Notes: generated by a model from the letters alone, not told the origin. A stretch of 63,782 nucleotides of DNA, filler included, from Choristocarpus tenellus KU-1152 (GCA_964200185.2; 10 parts of 10 records of this genome joined end to end with filler, not necessarily neighbours in it); one strand, 5' to 3'. Positions 24,723-43,683 are shown, counted from the whole stretch's first letter. Translations and numbers: made by a program.

Positions 24723-24956
24723 GGCCGGGGGGGGGGGGAGAGACGTGGTCGGCGGCGCGCCATCTAAAAAAAAAAAAAAAACAGACAAAATNNNNNNNNN
24801 TTTTTCCCCCCCTTCTTCTCATCCCCCCCACCCCCCCCCCTTTCCCCCCCTCTTCCCCCCCCCCCCCCCCCCCTCCCCCCTGCCACCCTTACCCTTACCC
24901 TTACCCTTCCCATCTCTCACATATTCTTGTTGGTCTCTCTGTTGGGGTTGTGCTGA

Positions 24957-29777
<4,821 letters not shown>

Positions 29778-32700
29778 GGTTGAAGTCCATTGTTGGGAGC
29801 TGTATCTCTGCAGTAGCCTTTTTGTTGTTTACTGGATGTTTTTTGCAAGGACTTGGTTGACAAAGGTATTTGGCCAGCTGGAGGGGTGGGGATTGTTAAG
29901 GGGAATGGGAATGAGTATTACAGCACCCCGTTTTTATATCATTCCGAGGGAAACAAAGACATAGATAGACACTGATAATATAAAGGCAGTTCTTTTTAAC
30001 TCTTTTGGCACTGGGAGGCTGTTCAAAGTGGTAAAACATTTCTGCATTTTCAATCAATGTGCATTTTGGCCTTGTGGTAATGCATAAAACCAGTTGAAGG
30101 CTGTATTCTAAGTGCACTCTTCTTTTTGGAAGAGTAGCTTAATGCGCGAGCGGTAGACTGGATTAACTAATCAACTCAGCGATAGATTCAGGGGAGAGTA
30201 GGGCAGTTGAGTGAGACTTCTTGGGACACCAAGGCAGGAGAGGATGCAAGAGAGGCGAGGGATGCGCAAATGGTTTAGGGCGGGGGGAGGAGGGGGGAAG
30301 TGAGAGTATATTAGCAGATCTTCAATGTTTTGTAATGTATGGGTGGCTTGTGGAAGGGGTGAATGTATGTTGGAGTTCAAATATTCCGTTGGGTGCAGAC
30401 CCCCTGTCTCACTGGTACTGTTGTATCGGGTTTCTGTCCCCTTATTGAATGCTCAGACTTGTGTTTGTTGTCCTCCTGAAAGGTGATGGAGGTGAGGAGG
30501 CAGGTATTAGCAGCAGTTGTTGTGTGCTTGAAGTGCTGTGAGTCCTTTCAAATGCGTAGTGCTTGTGTTTTTGTTTGTTTGTGTGTGTGTGTGTTTGTTA
30601 TGGTTGAGAGAGACAAAACAAGATATACAGGTGAAGAAGAGATCATTGGCCTGGGAAAGAATGGGGGGCAGGCAGGTAGACAGGAAAATATGTTTCTCTT
30701 GGTTGTTTCTGGGTAAGAAGTGAAGATCCTAAGGATTTGAATGTGACCGCCCTCCCTTCCTCGCAATGATGGTAATCTCAATTCCGTTGATGATTGTAGT
30801 ATCAATTGAATGGCATCTAGACTTATTTCAACTTTTGTTCAGGTTTTGGTAAGCAGGTAGCAATCTACATGACTGTGAGTAATAAAAGAGAGGAGACAGG
30901 TTGAAGATACTATTTTGCAGTTTTGAGGTTCTGATTGCCCACGTCTAGACTTTTTGATTTGTTGGAATTGTGCATTGGTGGGTTTGGAGTGGTTGGTTCC
31001 TAGTGTTAAAGAAGATGGGATTAGGTGTAGCCCTGATGAGATATACCGTGGAAATCCTTACCTCCCAAGTACTCTGTTGCTATAATCTATCATCCACGCG
31101 GCTCCAAGCATTGTTATGTATACCTGAGCACCTCAAGTGCTTGTTGCTTAAAAACTGGTTGTACTGGCTAGACTACACAATTTTGGTTAGGGACTGAGAT
31201 TTCTTATTATGTGGTAGGTGACTGCTGTGCCTTCCTCACTCAGGTCCTCAATAACACACACATACACACAACAAATAATATGACATCACCAATGCGTGCC
31301 CTTTGACAGATTGACAATGCAAGCCTGGTTGTAACCTTTTCAGATTTTACTTTCATGCTCTTGTTTCAAAACGTTTATTGGATTGAATGAGGTACCATCA
31401 ACTACTTTCTGGCTGGAGTATGTGTGACTCAGTGAAATATCAAGGGATAGCATTTTTTGTGATTCTATGGCATCTGTCAAAATATACAACCACCACAGTT
31501 TGGTAGGATATCCGGGTGCTGGGAGAAGGGTAGCATCTGTTGCAGTGCACTGGTAACCAAACCACCCAAAGCAACCAAACGCGTCTCAAATACCTCATTT
31601 TCGAACAAATATTGCGTAATCAAAGGGTCGGTCAGGGTTAGGTCGAACAAGGGTGTGAAAATGAGATAAAATAACCAAAGACGATTTTGGTTAACAGAAG
31701 GTAGGGTTTGCGATTACTTAGTGCGGCTAGTGTGTGAACAAGATGTCACTGAAACCGTTCCACTTCCAGATGTATATCCATTATTACTTAGTACTCTACT
31801 CCATACACATTAATAGTTGCATTGAATAGTGTTGGTGCAAGCACAAGCACCGTGATAGGAGGAGTGAAGGATATCCTGGAAAAAGAAGAGCAGTCTTTTG
31901 CAGGAGAACAGTAAGCTAAATGGAAAGAGGGTATTGTTCATTTCTTGTGTGTGGAATGTTGGAAGAAATCATTGTTAAAGTCACAACCCTGATTGAGAGC
32001 CAAGGTCCCAGCCCCACCCAGGTTGAGAAGTTCGGTGCCTCTTTTCAACCACAGACATGGATGCATCCATATTAATATTTATAAAATCCCTGTAGACGCC
32101 TTCTTGTTTCTTCCAGAACATCATCGCCGCCTGGGCTACTACCACTGGACATGCATACATATCGCGTGCAAAAAAACATGTATGCTGCATGTCTATATTA
32201 TGATACAGGTGTATATTATTACAGTCGGTCAGCAACCTTTCTGGAATCCAAGCAGCTAAGGCAACAAACACCGTTCAACATCTATGTATCACAAAAACCC
32301 CATCTGAAATGTTTAAACCTCTCTCTTGTAGGCTGTGCAAGAAGACCAGATACAAAGCAGTCCCCAACCCTAACCCTAACCCTCCTTGATACATGAGAAA
32401 AAAAAACTGCAGACATACGTGGACGCATCAAAAGGGGTCTCGTGTGTACATATCTACATATTCAGATCACTCAAATGTATCTGGCCAATGTGTCCAATTA
32501 CACACAGATCGATTGCCCCCTACACCCATGGTGCAACAACGACCACACCTCAGGAACACTCAAAAACCCTTCACTACACGGCAGTTTCACACACTGAATG
32601 ACCAGATAGATCCTCCACCCCAGTTTCTCAACACAGTCAACAAAATGTGGCACATTCCCATCCTTCACTCTAGTGATCTCTTGCCCCCCGAACAACGCCA

Positions 32701-33091
32701 CAGCAGTACAAACCCCCACTGATTCACACCACACAACTCTTGTTACACAACATGCGTACAGCACAGCATGCCTTACAAACCTTCCTCTCACACACCAAGG
32801 AATACAGTATATGATGCAATGCAATAAAACGCTGCTGCCAAGAGTCAAGGACACTCACTACACACAAAACATTCGAAGGCGTATACAAGTGAGCAACCAA
32901 TGCAGGCGTTAAAATCACGCCATACTACCACCGAGTTGCACTCATTCACCCAAGTTTGACCCAAGGCACAAATTCCCCTTCTCAAACCCCTTCCACCCTC
33001 CCAACCGCTGTTCTCATACAGGTCTCGTCCTCGTAAACAACATACCAAGGATCCCCCCCACCTTCACCTCCACCTCCACTACCAAACGACA

Positions 33092-34402
33092 TCAATCAAA
33101 TCCAGGCAAGAAACTAGCCAGGCGAGCGAGGGCGCGTGGCGCAGGCCCTGCCGCCGTGTCTCCTTCCTTGTGCTTCCTGCACTTTTGACCAACAACCCTG
33201 CTTGCAATGGTCTCCGCTACCCTCAAGGCCCCGCCACTTAGAATGCGAGAACGTTCCTCTCCACACTGGTTGAACTTGCCATCACCGCCATGTCGTGCGT
33301 CCAATTCTACGTGCAAGCGCTTCCTCTTGGTTCTCCGTTGCCCCCACTGCAAAGGCGAGTGCATGCCCAACGGCTGTACGGATCCTCCCCCCTTTGGTGC
33401 AGTTCGTCTCTGTCCTCTCCCTTCCACCGTGCCTACGACAGCATCGGACTCAGCGCCAACCACAGCACTTCCTCCTGCCCCAGCCTCTTTTACTGCAGCA
33501 ACTTGAGACGTTGTGCTTCTTGCATCGAGTCCTTTCAGAGCCTTCACCCCTCCTCCTCCTCCTCCACCACCCAAGTCCTTTCGACGGAGCAGCCTGGAGG
33601 CTCGTTCATTAACCTGACTCAGTACAGAGTCACTGCTGCCTTCCTCTCTCCCACAGACCTGCCCCTCCCCCACAACCTGACGAGCTTGGTCACTGTTCTT
33701 TCGACTGCGGAGCGAACGGTTCTCCTCCTTCCCCACCATACCCACCTCTGGCTTGGTCCCACCCCCCACAGGCCCTGCAACCCTGAGGTCCTCATGCTCT
33801 TGCCTTCCTGAGTGTGCCCTTCCCTCAGAAGGGAGAGCTCTGGGCAGCGCCCTCGGAGAGTTCGGTGCAATCGAACGAGACCTCGACTTCAACCTTGACG
33901 AGGACCTCACATTCATTCCCAGCTTCTGCCTAAACCTACGCACCTGCCCTCCTTGCCCCGCCCCATGCCTCAGTCTCCTCCCCACCGCGTGCCGCACCTC
34001 CTCACACCCTCCTCCTCGTGGTGTATCCTGCTCCTGCTTGTCTCGAGTTGAACATGCAGTCCCCGCCACAGAGGGGCTAGCCTGGGATGGGGTGGGGAAC
34101 ACTGAACTTGAAGAGGATGCGGTCACAGGCGGCGTCCTCCCTGAAACATGCTCCTCGCCCCCACTATCACCCCCACTTGCTGTTTCCTCTTGCCTTGACT
34201 TTTGATTAGGGTTTACGGTCGGGTTCCCTCCTCCTGCTAGACCTACTCCATCCCTTCCTCTGCGCTCCATTGACTTCCGCATCAGCCTTGCGTAGCGCTG
34301 GTTCATCTGTGCAGAGTTCCGTTTCAGTCCCGTGGTAGAACGTATCGCGATCCAGCGCCCCGCGCCGTGCCGATGAACCCCTTTCAGCAGCAGCTTGTCC
34401 TC
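33092..34402 (-). CDS. Terminal exon of a Myb/SANT (TRF/telobox-like) domain protein with a long low-complexity tail
   Basis: An acceptor gcgcag| at 34403 is followed by EDKLLLKGVHRHGAGRWIAIRSTTGLKRNSAQMNQRYARL, in frame with the 404-aa ORF. Confidence 0.8.
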   Translation of the reverse strand, partial: EDKLLLKGVHRHGAGRWIAIRSTTGLKRNSAQMNQRYARLMRKSMERRGRDGVGLAGGGNPTVNPNQKSRQEETASGGDSGGEEHVSGRTPPVTASSSSSVFPTPSQASPSVAGTACSTRDKQEQDTPRGGGCEEVRHAVGRRLRHGAGQGGQVRRFRQKLGMNVRSSSRLKSRSRSIAPNSPRALPRALPSEGRAHSGRQEHEDLRVAGPVGGGTKPEVGMVGKEENRSLRSRKNSDQARQVVGEGQVCGREEGSSDSVLSQVNERASRLLRRKDLGGGGGGGGVKALKGLDARSTTSQVAAVKEAGAGGSAVVGAESDAVVGTVEGRGQRRTAPKGGGSVQPLGMHSPLQWGQRRTKRKRLHVELDARHGGDGKFNQCGEERSRILSGGALRVAETIASRVVGQKCRKHKEGDTAAGPAPRALARLASFLPGFD

Positions 34403-36174
34403 CTGCGCAGCATGCGAACATTAGTGTGTGTGCATTGCGTACATGCATGCATGTGTGTGTGTGTGTGCGCGCGGAACAGGTGTTCATCTCGGGCCATGTC
34501 TCGAGTGCTATTGGTTGTTTTTGGAGTGGCACAACTAGGATTTTAAATGGGGGAACAAGAAGAACTGTCTTGAGGGTTGACATTGACATTGTAGGTGTGT
34601 AGCAGTGCTTGGTGTGTTACATTGCTTCAGACTGATCAGTGGAGTGTGTGGGGGGTGGCAACAGATCTAGGATCAACCGTGTCTTGAGCATATCGGCACC
34701 GGAGCGTGGTAAGTCTGCGATCAACGTGGCTTTGCTCCGTCATGACTCACTCTAGCTCCCTTGCCCCCTCAATGGAATTTTCTTGTAGAACACACCACTT
34801 TTGACTTTGACTACAGGGATAGTCCACCACGCCACATCGCATAACACAGCCTCATCCTCACCAAAAACAGCAGGCAAGGGGGTTACTGTTCCATATAAAC
34901 TCAATGGTAGCATTTCCCTAGTCCCTTACCTTGTAGTCCATGCTACAGTATCAGCGGACAGTGGACAAAGGCATTTCTATTGCCATGCAATCCCATGCGA
35001 GAGACTGGCAAGGCCAAACAAGATACATGGGAACAAAACCTGACTCAAGAGGCCCCCAGACACCCTTCAGCAGGAAAGCGGCAATTCACTCCCTTCCAAT
35101 GCACTTCAAAACCCACACCTGCAAACCAACCACCTCCATCAAACACCGCCTGTTATCAAGTCTAAAACAACCTGAAGGTCCCACGAGACAGACACTTTGC
35201 CATGCACGCAGATCAGGCTTTGCAGCAACTATTATCAATCCAGGAATTACAAAAAAAAAACACTGCTATCCCACCATAATACAAACAAGTCCGTTGTTCT
35301 TACCTCTGGAGACCACACCCTGAATGCTCGTACATTTGCACCTCTTCCACCACCACCCCTGCTCCCAGCTCTCCCCTTCGCTCCCCCCCCNNNNNNNNNN
35401 NNNNNNNNNNNNNNNNNNNNNNNNNNNNNNNNNNTTAATTAATTAANNNNNNNNNNNNNNNNNNNNNNNNNNNNNNNNNNNNNNNNNNNNCGCACCATTC
35501 TCGGTCAAAACCATCCTCAATAGTACGCTCCATCCTCAATTTTTAAAATCCTCTGTTACATAGAGAGGAGTCGAAATTTGAAAATTAGAAACATGCCGTC
35601 ACATTCTCTCCTACGTGAACCTGTTCAAAACCTTTTCAAGTCAGAAACGTCATATGGCAGACTGCTCATTGAAATGCCTTTGATACTCGTCCTTGTATCA
35701 AATATGTCATCAGAAACTGGAACAAATTCGCGACCATCACACTGCTTTCACCTCGCTCAACAACAGGAAGATCGAGGCTGTGCTTAATTATCTGTACGGA
35801 TCGCTGTCCCCCTACACCTTCATCAACTGACACACGTCTCTCTCTCGTCCATAGTCAATTTCACTCCGCCTGGAGGAACTTCGGGACACATTTTCTCGTC
35901 TAAGGAGAGGAGGGTCGCTAACGGCTTGGGAGACTGGCGCCGGGAAAGGGAACAAAACGGTGAGACCTGTTGCGTGGTTTGTGCCCTCCCATCGATTCGT
36001 CGTCCATATACTACACAAAACAAGACCGTCAACTAGTTCCTGTTTCGCAATTTTTTTTGCCTTCCTTCCACATCCAAACTTTTTTGTTCTTTACCCACAC
36101 TCTTAACTGCCATCAATATCTAGAAAGTTGTTCCTACTGAGTCATTCCTGTTGTTCGTTCTGTTAAAACATAGG

Positions 36175-36880
36175 CTACTCATTTGTTTTTGTTGATACGG
36201 ATACAATACCACCAGTTGATACTGGCTGTTCATTGGTCCGTTACGCACTGGTCATTGCTCTCACTAGTTCATCATCATCACCACATCAATTTCCGTCAGA
36301 ACATTGCAGTACAGAACAGTCGCTCCGCATCCCACACACAGGAATAGCATGCGTCACTTGAGTTACGTCACATATTGATTCAAGCTTGTTCTTCTGTTGT
36401 TCTGTTCTTTGCCCTTTTTGTTTTCTCTCTCTTTCTTCTTAGCAGCAGAAGACCAAAGTTGCACGCTAAATGTTGATTCTTATTTATTTCTTGGTTGTCA
36501 TTGCCCCCTCATAATGCACCAAGCTCACTCTGCAATGAGTGTACCTGATGGACGCCTGGATGTTACATATTCAGAGTTAAACCATCCACTGAAACCCTTG
36601 TCCGCCAAGGTAACAAGCCTCTCCACAGAGCATGGACTTCTTCTGTTAAGTATCTCAAGAAACACTGAACTCACATCACATGATTCTTGATGAGCGATCA
36701 ATGACCTCAGTTGCAACAGAATAAATACATTGGTGCTTTGCAGCACTATGACTTCCCTTCACAACACAGACAGACTATGCATTTTACTCATCGGTGTTTT
36801 TTGCAGCATTATGATTTATCCTTGCAATGCAGACTACGCATTTTACTCAGAAGTATGATGCATTCGATTGAGGCTTTGAC
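36175..36880 (+). repeat. Dispersed repeat with an inverted copy at 42601-43155; the 3' part also matches 6502-6590
   Basis: Colinear similarity (ccacatcaatt.ccgtcagaaca.tgcagtacag; aggtaacaagcctctccacagagcatggactt). Contains an internal ~60-bp tandem duplication at 36730-36850. Confidence 0.85.
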
Positions 36881-38699
36881 ACATTCTGCTGACCGTTGCC
36901 TCCTAGCAGTGAATGGGGCACCCTCCTACATTTTCCACCTTTCCATCTGGTGCAGCTACAACGGCCTTGATCAACACAATTACAACTGTTGTTTGTTCTG
37001 TCCAAAATTCTCACCTGGTCATATTTCTTTTACCTTTTACTCTTTATTGTCACCAAGATCTAGAACGTTGCTCCTACTACATCCTTCCTCCTCTTCATTC
37101 CGTTTTCCGTTCCCTTCTAGCGGCGCATGGGGCGCATTCCACCCTTTTCCACCTTACCATGTGGCACACCTGTGCGATGGCTTTGGTCAATCACATTTGC
37201 AGCTGTCATCTGTTCTATATTAAAAAAAACACCTAGTCGCATTTCCTAACCTTTCACTCTTGTCCTCCACCAAACTCTAGTGATATGGATTTCACCCTAT
37301 CGCACCAAGTTCAAACTTGTTTCGTTCCTCCATAGTCATCAGCCTGTGAGGGCTGCCGTAGTTCCCCCGAATTTGACTCTGTTGCCACATTCTCCTTCCT
37401 AAACTTTAACACAGTCCACAACACACACACTCACATGTTCATCCCATAGTTTATGCACTCTCCCGCTGGCCATCCAATGGGGTATTTTTCAAGACACACG
37501 TATCATGTCACCCAACCTTGATGATGTCCCTTTTATGTGTTTGAAAGCGAACGAAATTTGTAGACATAGGCTGTAAGTTCCACTCCAATGCACAAACACA
37601 AGTTATTAATGCGGCACCTTCCAAGATTTTGGCTACAAAACCTACCTGCTGTAGACCACTGAAATCAAGTAATCTCCTACTAACAAATTATTCACTGCAA
37701 AAATCCTTATTATCAACGCAATTTATTATTTTAATTTACCACCACTGAAACAGCTAATGATTGCTTAGTTCAGTAGCAGAGCAGGTGTGTTACAGGCGAA
37801 AAGCACAATAATTTCTTCCCACACTCTAACCGGCGCAAGCAGTGTACGTGTGTGTGGAACCTCAAAAGGGGGAACTCCGATTTACTAAAAGTTGCAGAGT
37901 AAGATTTGAAACTTGGAATTGTATGCAATGGTTTTCAGATGTATTCCAAAATCTGTAAACTAGGACAAAATAAAAGGTAGATGATGTTAAAAGAGATCAA
38001 TGCATCTCACTCCATCTGATACCTATTCTTACACACACGATTACTTATTCAGAAGAGTACCTTAATTTGCTGACCTGATACTCATCATCCTCGTTGGGAC
38101 CTTTTGACTGCTGGAGTATCCCAGAAATCCTGTACAAGCGTCAGCTCCGTCTATAGGCCTCTAGATTGGACCTATACATCCCGTGGAGGTAAGCTATGGA
38201 ACGTGCTGCTGTAACATGGAGGTCCTACCTTGTCTCTTCAAACTGGAGAGAATACTCAGTATTCACCTTTGCACTTAGGATCTTGGTAGCTTACTACTAT
38301 GGTCTGGATTTTCTTCTGCTTGGTTTCGCCGTCTCCTTGGATGGTTTTGGAGCGCTGTCACCACCTCCAAACTTAGAGGAAAGGACTGGTATGATGGCAG
38401 CTGTGGTCCAAGGGAGGCACCACACACCTCTGATCGTAAATGAGTGGTCTCTGACCGCCATAGATGTTGCTTAGGTAGCTATTTCTTGACATTCATACAC
38501 TCACACTCCCGATTTTTGTCCCATGTTCTTTGTTTCTCAGGTACACAAACATGTCTGGCTCACTGGGTTCGCACGGAATCGAAGTCTTGTCTGATGCAGA
38601 GATTCCTCCCAGAATTAATGATTTGGAGAGGTTCCAGCCCAGCACCGCATCTCACGAAAATTCCCCAAGCAGCCTTGTCGACTCCATCTAACACCGAGG

Positions 38700-39900
38700 C
38701 AGGTCAAGAGAACTGTCCACTTTCGGTGTTCCACTTGTGGCAGATACCGTTCCAGGTTGAGATCCTGGGACAGACACTCCAAACAAGACTCACGACGGAA
38801 CAGATACGAGCTCAGAGGCCGAACTCGTTCGCTTGGACATCGCAGTCAAATCAAAGATTCCTCACCACACAGGTCTGTCCCATCGAGGACACCCCAAAGG
38901 GAAAGCATGATCTTGGTACGTCGTCACAGGGAGGTAGAAGTGCAGTTGAGAAGTGAAATTGAATGAGTTACGTGAACAGGCTAAATTGATTGAGTCTAGA
39001 TTTGACAGACAGGAGAGAGAAAGAACAACCCGCAACCTAGACATGCGCTACCATCAGGAATACATCAAAACTATGGAACACATTCACAAAAAACTCGGAG
39101 ATCCAGCCAAACGCCCCGTTTATCAAGGGGTATCAGCAGATAATTCGGCCCCTACCACGTCAAAACAACACTGTTTTTTCGCTGACGCTCTCACTAAGGT
39201 TCTCGGGCGAGTTCAAGGAGTAATGTGGGCCTTAGTCAAGGATCGGTCCAGGAATCATCATGCACCGTGCCCAAAAAGTGATAACTTAACCCCTTTCCGC
39301 ATCAAGCTCTTCGAACAACTCTTGTCTGACTCGCTTAGGACACACAGTGATCTTTTGAGCGACTCGTGTCTACAATTGAGGTCCTGGGTGTCACCAGACA
39401 GCTCCTATAATTCCTCGAGAAGACACGACGGCAACCAAGTGAGTTAACATTTTGGTGAGAGAATGCACCCTTTCAAAAATCAGTCGAAAATTGCAGTGAA
39501 GGCTACCATGAGTTCTGTCATGAGCTCTTTGAAGACGGAGAAAGGAGAGTCATGGAAGGCTGCAGTCAATCGCAAAGTTTTGCATTACCGGGCATATACT
39601 GTAGACTCATGGATGCCTCATACATGCCTATTTTTTGGAGTACATAGGTGAAGATCAACTCATTGATTTATGTGAATGAGCCCTTCCTATTCTTCTCCCT
39701 AATGCTTTAGACCAAATCGGTGTGCAGAGTATGGCATTTTCACTTGGCAAAGAAATTAGAAGTCGAATTCGCCCACTATTAATTTCGCAGAATAATCCTT
39801 TGGGGAACGAAATGGTGCACCGTGGAATCAAAGCAGAACGGATCTTTGATGAACTCATATATAGTGGTACCAGTAGCTTCGCCCTCTGGGGTTGTCCCGT
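38700..39900 (+). pseudogene. Degenerate intronless ORF, possibly gag-like retroelement protein
   Basis: A chain of protein-like frames broken by frameshifts (LREQAKLIESRFDRQERE..., AVKATMSSVMSSLKTEKGESWKAAVNR..., MAFSLGKEIRSRIRP). No diagnostic motif. Confidence 0.3.
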
Positions 39901-42600
39901 CATAACCTTTGATGTAGATATCACATTTAAAAAATAAAAAATATTCGTGATGACCGTCACAAGGCCCTCTAGAGTATGTGCTTCTTCGTGTTTTTCTTCA
40001 TCATTTTTTTCTTTTTGAAGAAAGAAAGGTCATATTGGGGTTCGAACCCCAAATTGTAGTTCACCAAGAGTGGTAATAGATGCACATTACTTGATTGAAG
40101 TATAGGGTTTAGCGGGGGGGAAAGCCTCCCCACCCTTTCTTCCTGTGTGTTCGCGCACCCACACTTTGACCTAGGCAAGGATGTCCTCGTCAAGGCCTAG
40201 GACGAAATGCCTCTCATAGCGCCCTTCCTCCGACACCTTAATGTGGCCCTTAGTTAGGAAGTCTCTCTCCCATTTACTCACAGTTTCCTGTGCAAAATAG
40301 GACAATAGTGAAGTGTACCTTATTTTGTGTATATGATATTATTGTGTTGTAACAAATGAGATAGTACGTCCGGATTATGTATGGGATTATTTATTGGTAT
40401 TTATTTTGCATTCAAATACTTTGACATAACCGTTGACTTAGGTAGGAAGCACAAATAATAATAAACAAACAATGAGAAGACACCACACAAAGGTCACTCT
40501 TCTAGTTTCAACAACGTAATCGCGTTCAGCAAAGGGGGTTGTGTGAGGCTTCACACCTTCTTATCTTCACTACTAACAAATAGCATTACCTCCCAAGGAA
40601 ATTTGCACATTTCCGGCCTGACCATCGCATATCCTGCTGCCATGCCAAGTGCCGTTTGACAGTCTTTCCCATCGTTCATACACACGTACAGGATTCGCAT
40701 TGTTAGAGTCTTAACTATCACATTTCCTTGTTGAGCGCCGGAAATGGGCGTTGTCCGTGTTTCCTGGACGGGCGATATTTTATCAAGGTGCAAGGGCGAC
40801 GGAGGACAGGCTTGAGTTGATCGAAACTCGTATTGATTTCTCGAATGAATGCAGGCTGGGAGAAAGCCTTAATCAACTTTATACGTCCAACCCCAAGTCC
40901 AGGAACAAAAGTGAATGTACGGAATCTTGCAAGAAGTGGGAGACACCAAACCACTGGGGTGCAAATATTCTAAATCTCACCTCCTCTTCTTCCCTGGCGT
41001 CCTCATCGATGGCTACCTCCACCTGTTTTGCGACCTCTTTGAAAGTAAAGGATTTGGTGGTAGCGAAAGGTCTCCACAGCTGCCTTTGTTTTGATCGCTT
41101 TCTCCTCCGCCTTGCGAGCCCTTTCGACCTTCTTTCGCGCTTCAGAGCCCTTGTAGCCCAACCCTAACACNNNNNNNNNNCTTCTTTCTCGTTTCCTTAA
41201 GCCACTCCAGCTCACACACCTTCCAAACAGCCAGGGCCTGCTGCAACTGTCGACTATCAAGTTATTATACACCCGGGTTTTTGCTTAGGCGTTTCCTGAG
41301 CGCAATGGCACGCAGTCACACTGCTCTTTCCCCAACCTTCACTTCAGGCGGCCACTTTGGTTCTCCCTTCGCCCGCCGCGACCAGGCTTCCCCACAGACC
41401 TCGTCACTATACCTCCTGATGATGGAAACGCCGCTCTCTTCCTGTTTTCCCGAGGTGGCAGAGACTACGGAGCAGTTCTCCATCATGGTTGAAGACCCAA
41501 CCATGTTTGTGTGATAATGGTTTCAATACATCTTATCTTGGCATCAGTGTCGCGACCGCGTGGTTCATTTCGCAATTTGATCATGCCGCTGCACCACACT
41601 ACTTGCACTTTCTCGTCACCTAACATCGCACTGAGTTTCACATGGTATTTGTTTTTCCGGCCCCTCTCGACAGAGAAGTGCCAAGGGTAGATCCAGAGGG
41701 CAGAGTGGCCTCAGCGACTCTCCTTGTCTCACCGTCATGGTTCATGTTGTTGTGTAAGCCATGTATGTGTGCTCACAGAAAGTCTGCAAAAGGCATTAAA
41801 AAGATGTCCAGATAAAAAGATGTCCGATTTTTTTTCTGCTTTTTTTTTGTGTAGGACCGCACCAGGAAACTTGGGCGCGACCCACCCCAGACCAGTTTTC
41901 TCCAAGGAGTTCAATCAACCACTTCATTTTTGTACGTTTTGAAGTTGTGGCCTTCAAAATTGCACCGGAGATATTCCCCCGCGTTTTTGCCATTATTTTA
42001 TCGGGACATAGTTCCCGTTCATCGAAGTTTGTACATTCCTGCATACAAACCTTCAAAAGCTCTTGTCATACACCCTTCATTTGATATATATATTGTTGTA
42101 TATCTGATGCGGCAATATGCCGAAAAAAAGCTATATTGCTACAGAGGGCGAAGCTACTGGTACCAATTTAGAGGAATTATCGAACTGAAGCGATTAATAT
42201 GTATTTGTCCCAGCCAACCCAAATACTACAAAAGAGCGGCTGCATTGCACAAGGATAAGACTCACACTGCTATGGTTAGCATGGCAGATGCGCGTACTAT
42301 GTTTGGTAGCATGCCACACCCTGTTTCCCTCTCAGTCGAAACCCTGATCTTCAGGCAGGAACTGAGACTACCTCGCCAGAACAGGACGTCCATGCAAGAA
42401 GTGGTAACAAGCCAAATTTCACTGCCATACCACGAGGTTGTCAAACGTATAATGGCAGCCCTCACACTGATGCTTCAGCCTGTTTTAGTCCAGAACTCCT
42501 CACCCACTGTCTGTGCTGCCTTAAACAACCAACTTGTCTCCTTTCCTCGGAAACACGAGACCTTATTCGTTCCAAAACGCAATGCATCAAAACCGGTTTG

Positions 42601-43155
42601 ACCAATGTATTTATTTTGTTGCAACTGAGGCCATTGACCTATCATTCAAGAATGATGCGATGTGAATTCAGTGTTCTTTCATGAGATACTCAACGAAAGA
42701 AGTCCATGCTCTGTGGAGAGGCTTGTTACCTTGACTGGCAAGGGTTTCCGTATATGGTTTTAACTCTGATTATATTACATCCAGGTGCGCGTCAGGTACA
42801 CTTACTGCAGAGTGAACTTGGTGCATTGTGAGGGATTAATAGCAGCTAAGAAAGAAATAATAATCAACAATCAATGTACAAGTGTCATCTTCTGCTGATA
42901 AGAAGAAGAAAGAGTGAAAAAGACAAACAAGAGACAACAGAACAAACTTGAACCAAAATGTGATGCAACTCAAGTGACGTATACTATTCCTGCGTGTGGA
43001 ACGCAGAGGGTCTGCTGTACTGCAGTGTTCTGACGGTAATTGATGTGGTGATGATAAACTAGTAACAGTGACGACCAGTGCATAACAGACCAATCAACAG
43101 TCAGTGTTGACTGGTGGAACTGTAGCATACCAAGGAAAAAAGGTTGGTGAGTAGG
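42601..43155 (-). repeat. Inverted copy of 36175-36735
   Basis: Reverse-complement alignment made by eye. Confidence 0.85.
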
Positions 43156-43273
43156 CGGTCAAAGTATCTGGGGNNNNNNNNNNNNNNNNNNNNNNNNNNN
43201 NNNNNNNNNNNNNNNNNTTAATTAATTAANNNNNNNNNNNNNNNNNNNNNNNNNNNNNNNNNNNNNNNNNNNN

Positions 43274-43683
43274 GTGGGGGGGGGTCTACACCAGGGTGTC
43301 CATTTGGGCTCTGACCAGGAGAAATGCACTTACATTGTCCATCCAACGCATTCAACCAAATCACACAAAAGAGTGAAAGTATCTAAGAGGGTACGAGATT
43401 TGCCCTGGTTGTCCATTTGGGGCTTGACTTCCCATAGTTATTATGACATTTTCCTACTCCAAAATGTTTCGGAGTAGGTAAAATGTATACATTATGAAAA
43501 GGTGTGTATATTGACACTTCCAAACAAATACGATGGCCAAAATTACTTCAAAATCGCAACATTGGATTTTGGCCCCCAAATGGACGTGGCTCTACCCTCC
43601 AAGATACTTTGGATCAAAAATCGCGACAAGGGAAAATGGGTCCCGAATGGACAGCTACCACTCCCCCCCAGATACTTTTAGCC
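43274..43683 (+). mobile_element. MITE M2 carrying a nested M1
   Basis: M2 sequence at 43274-43370 resumes at 43616-43683 (...cccccagatacttttagcc). Confidence 0.85.
43371..43615 (-). mobile_element. MITE M1, TSD AAAA
   Basis: aaaa|gagtgaaagtatctaagagggta...taccctccaagatactttggatc|aaaa. Confidence 0.9.

Noticed and set aside
24667-24880. Poly-Pro ORF and long C/G runs
   Set aside because: This is low-quality homopolymer sequence next to a small gap in a hemC intron.
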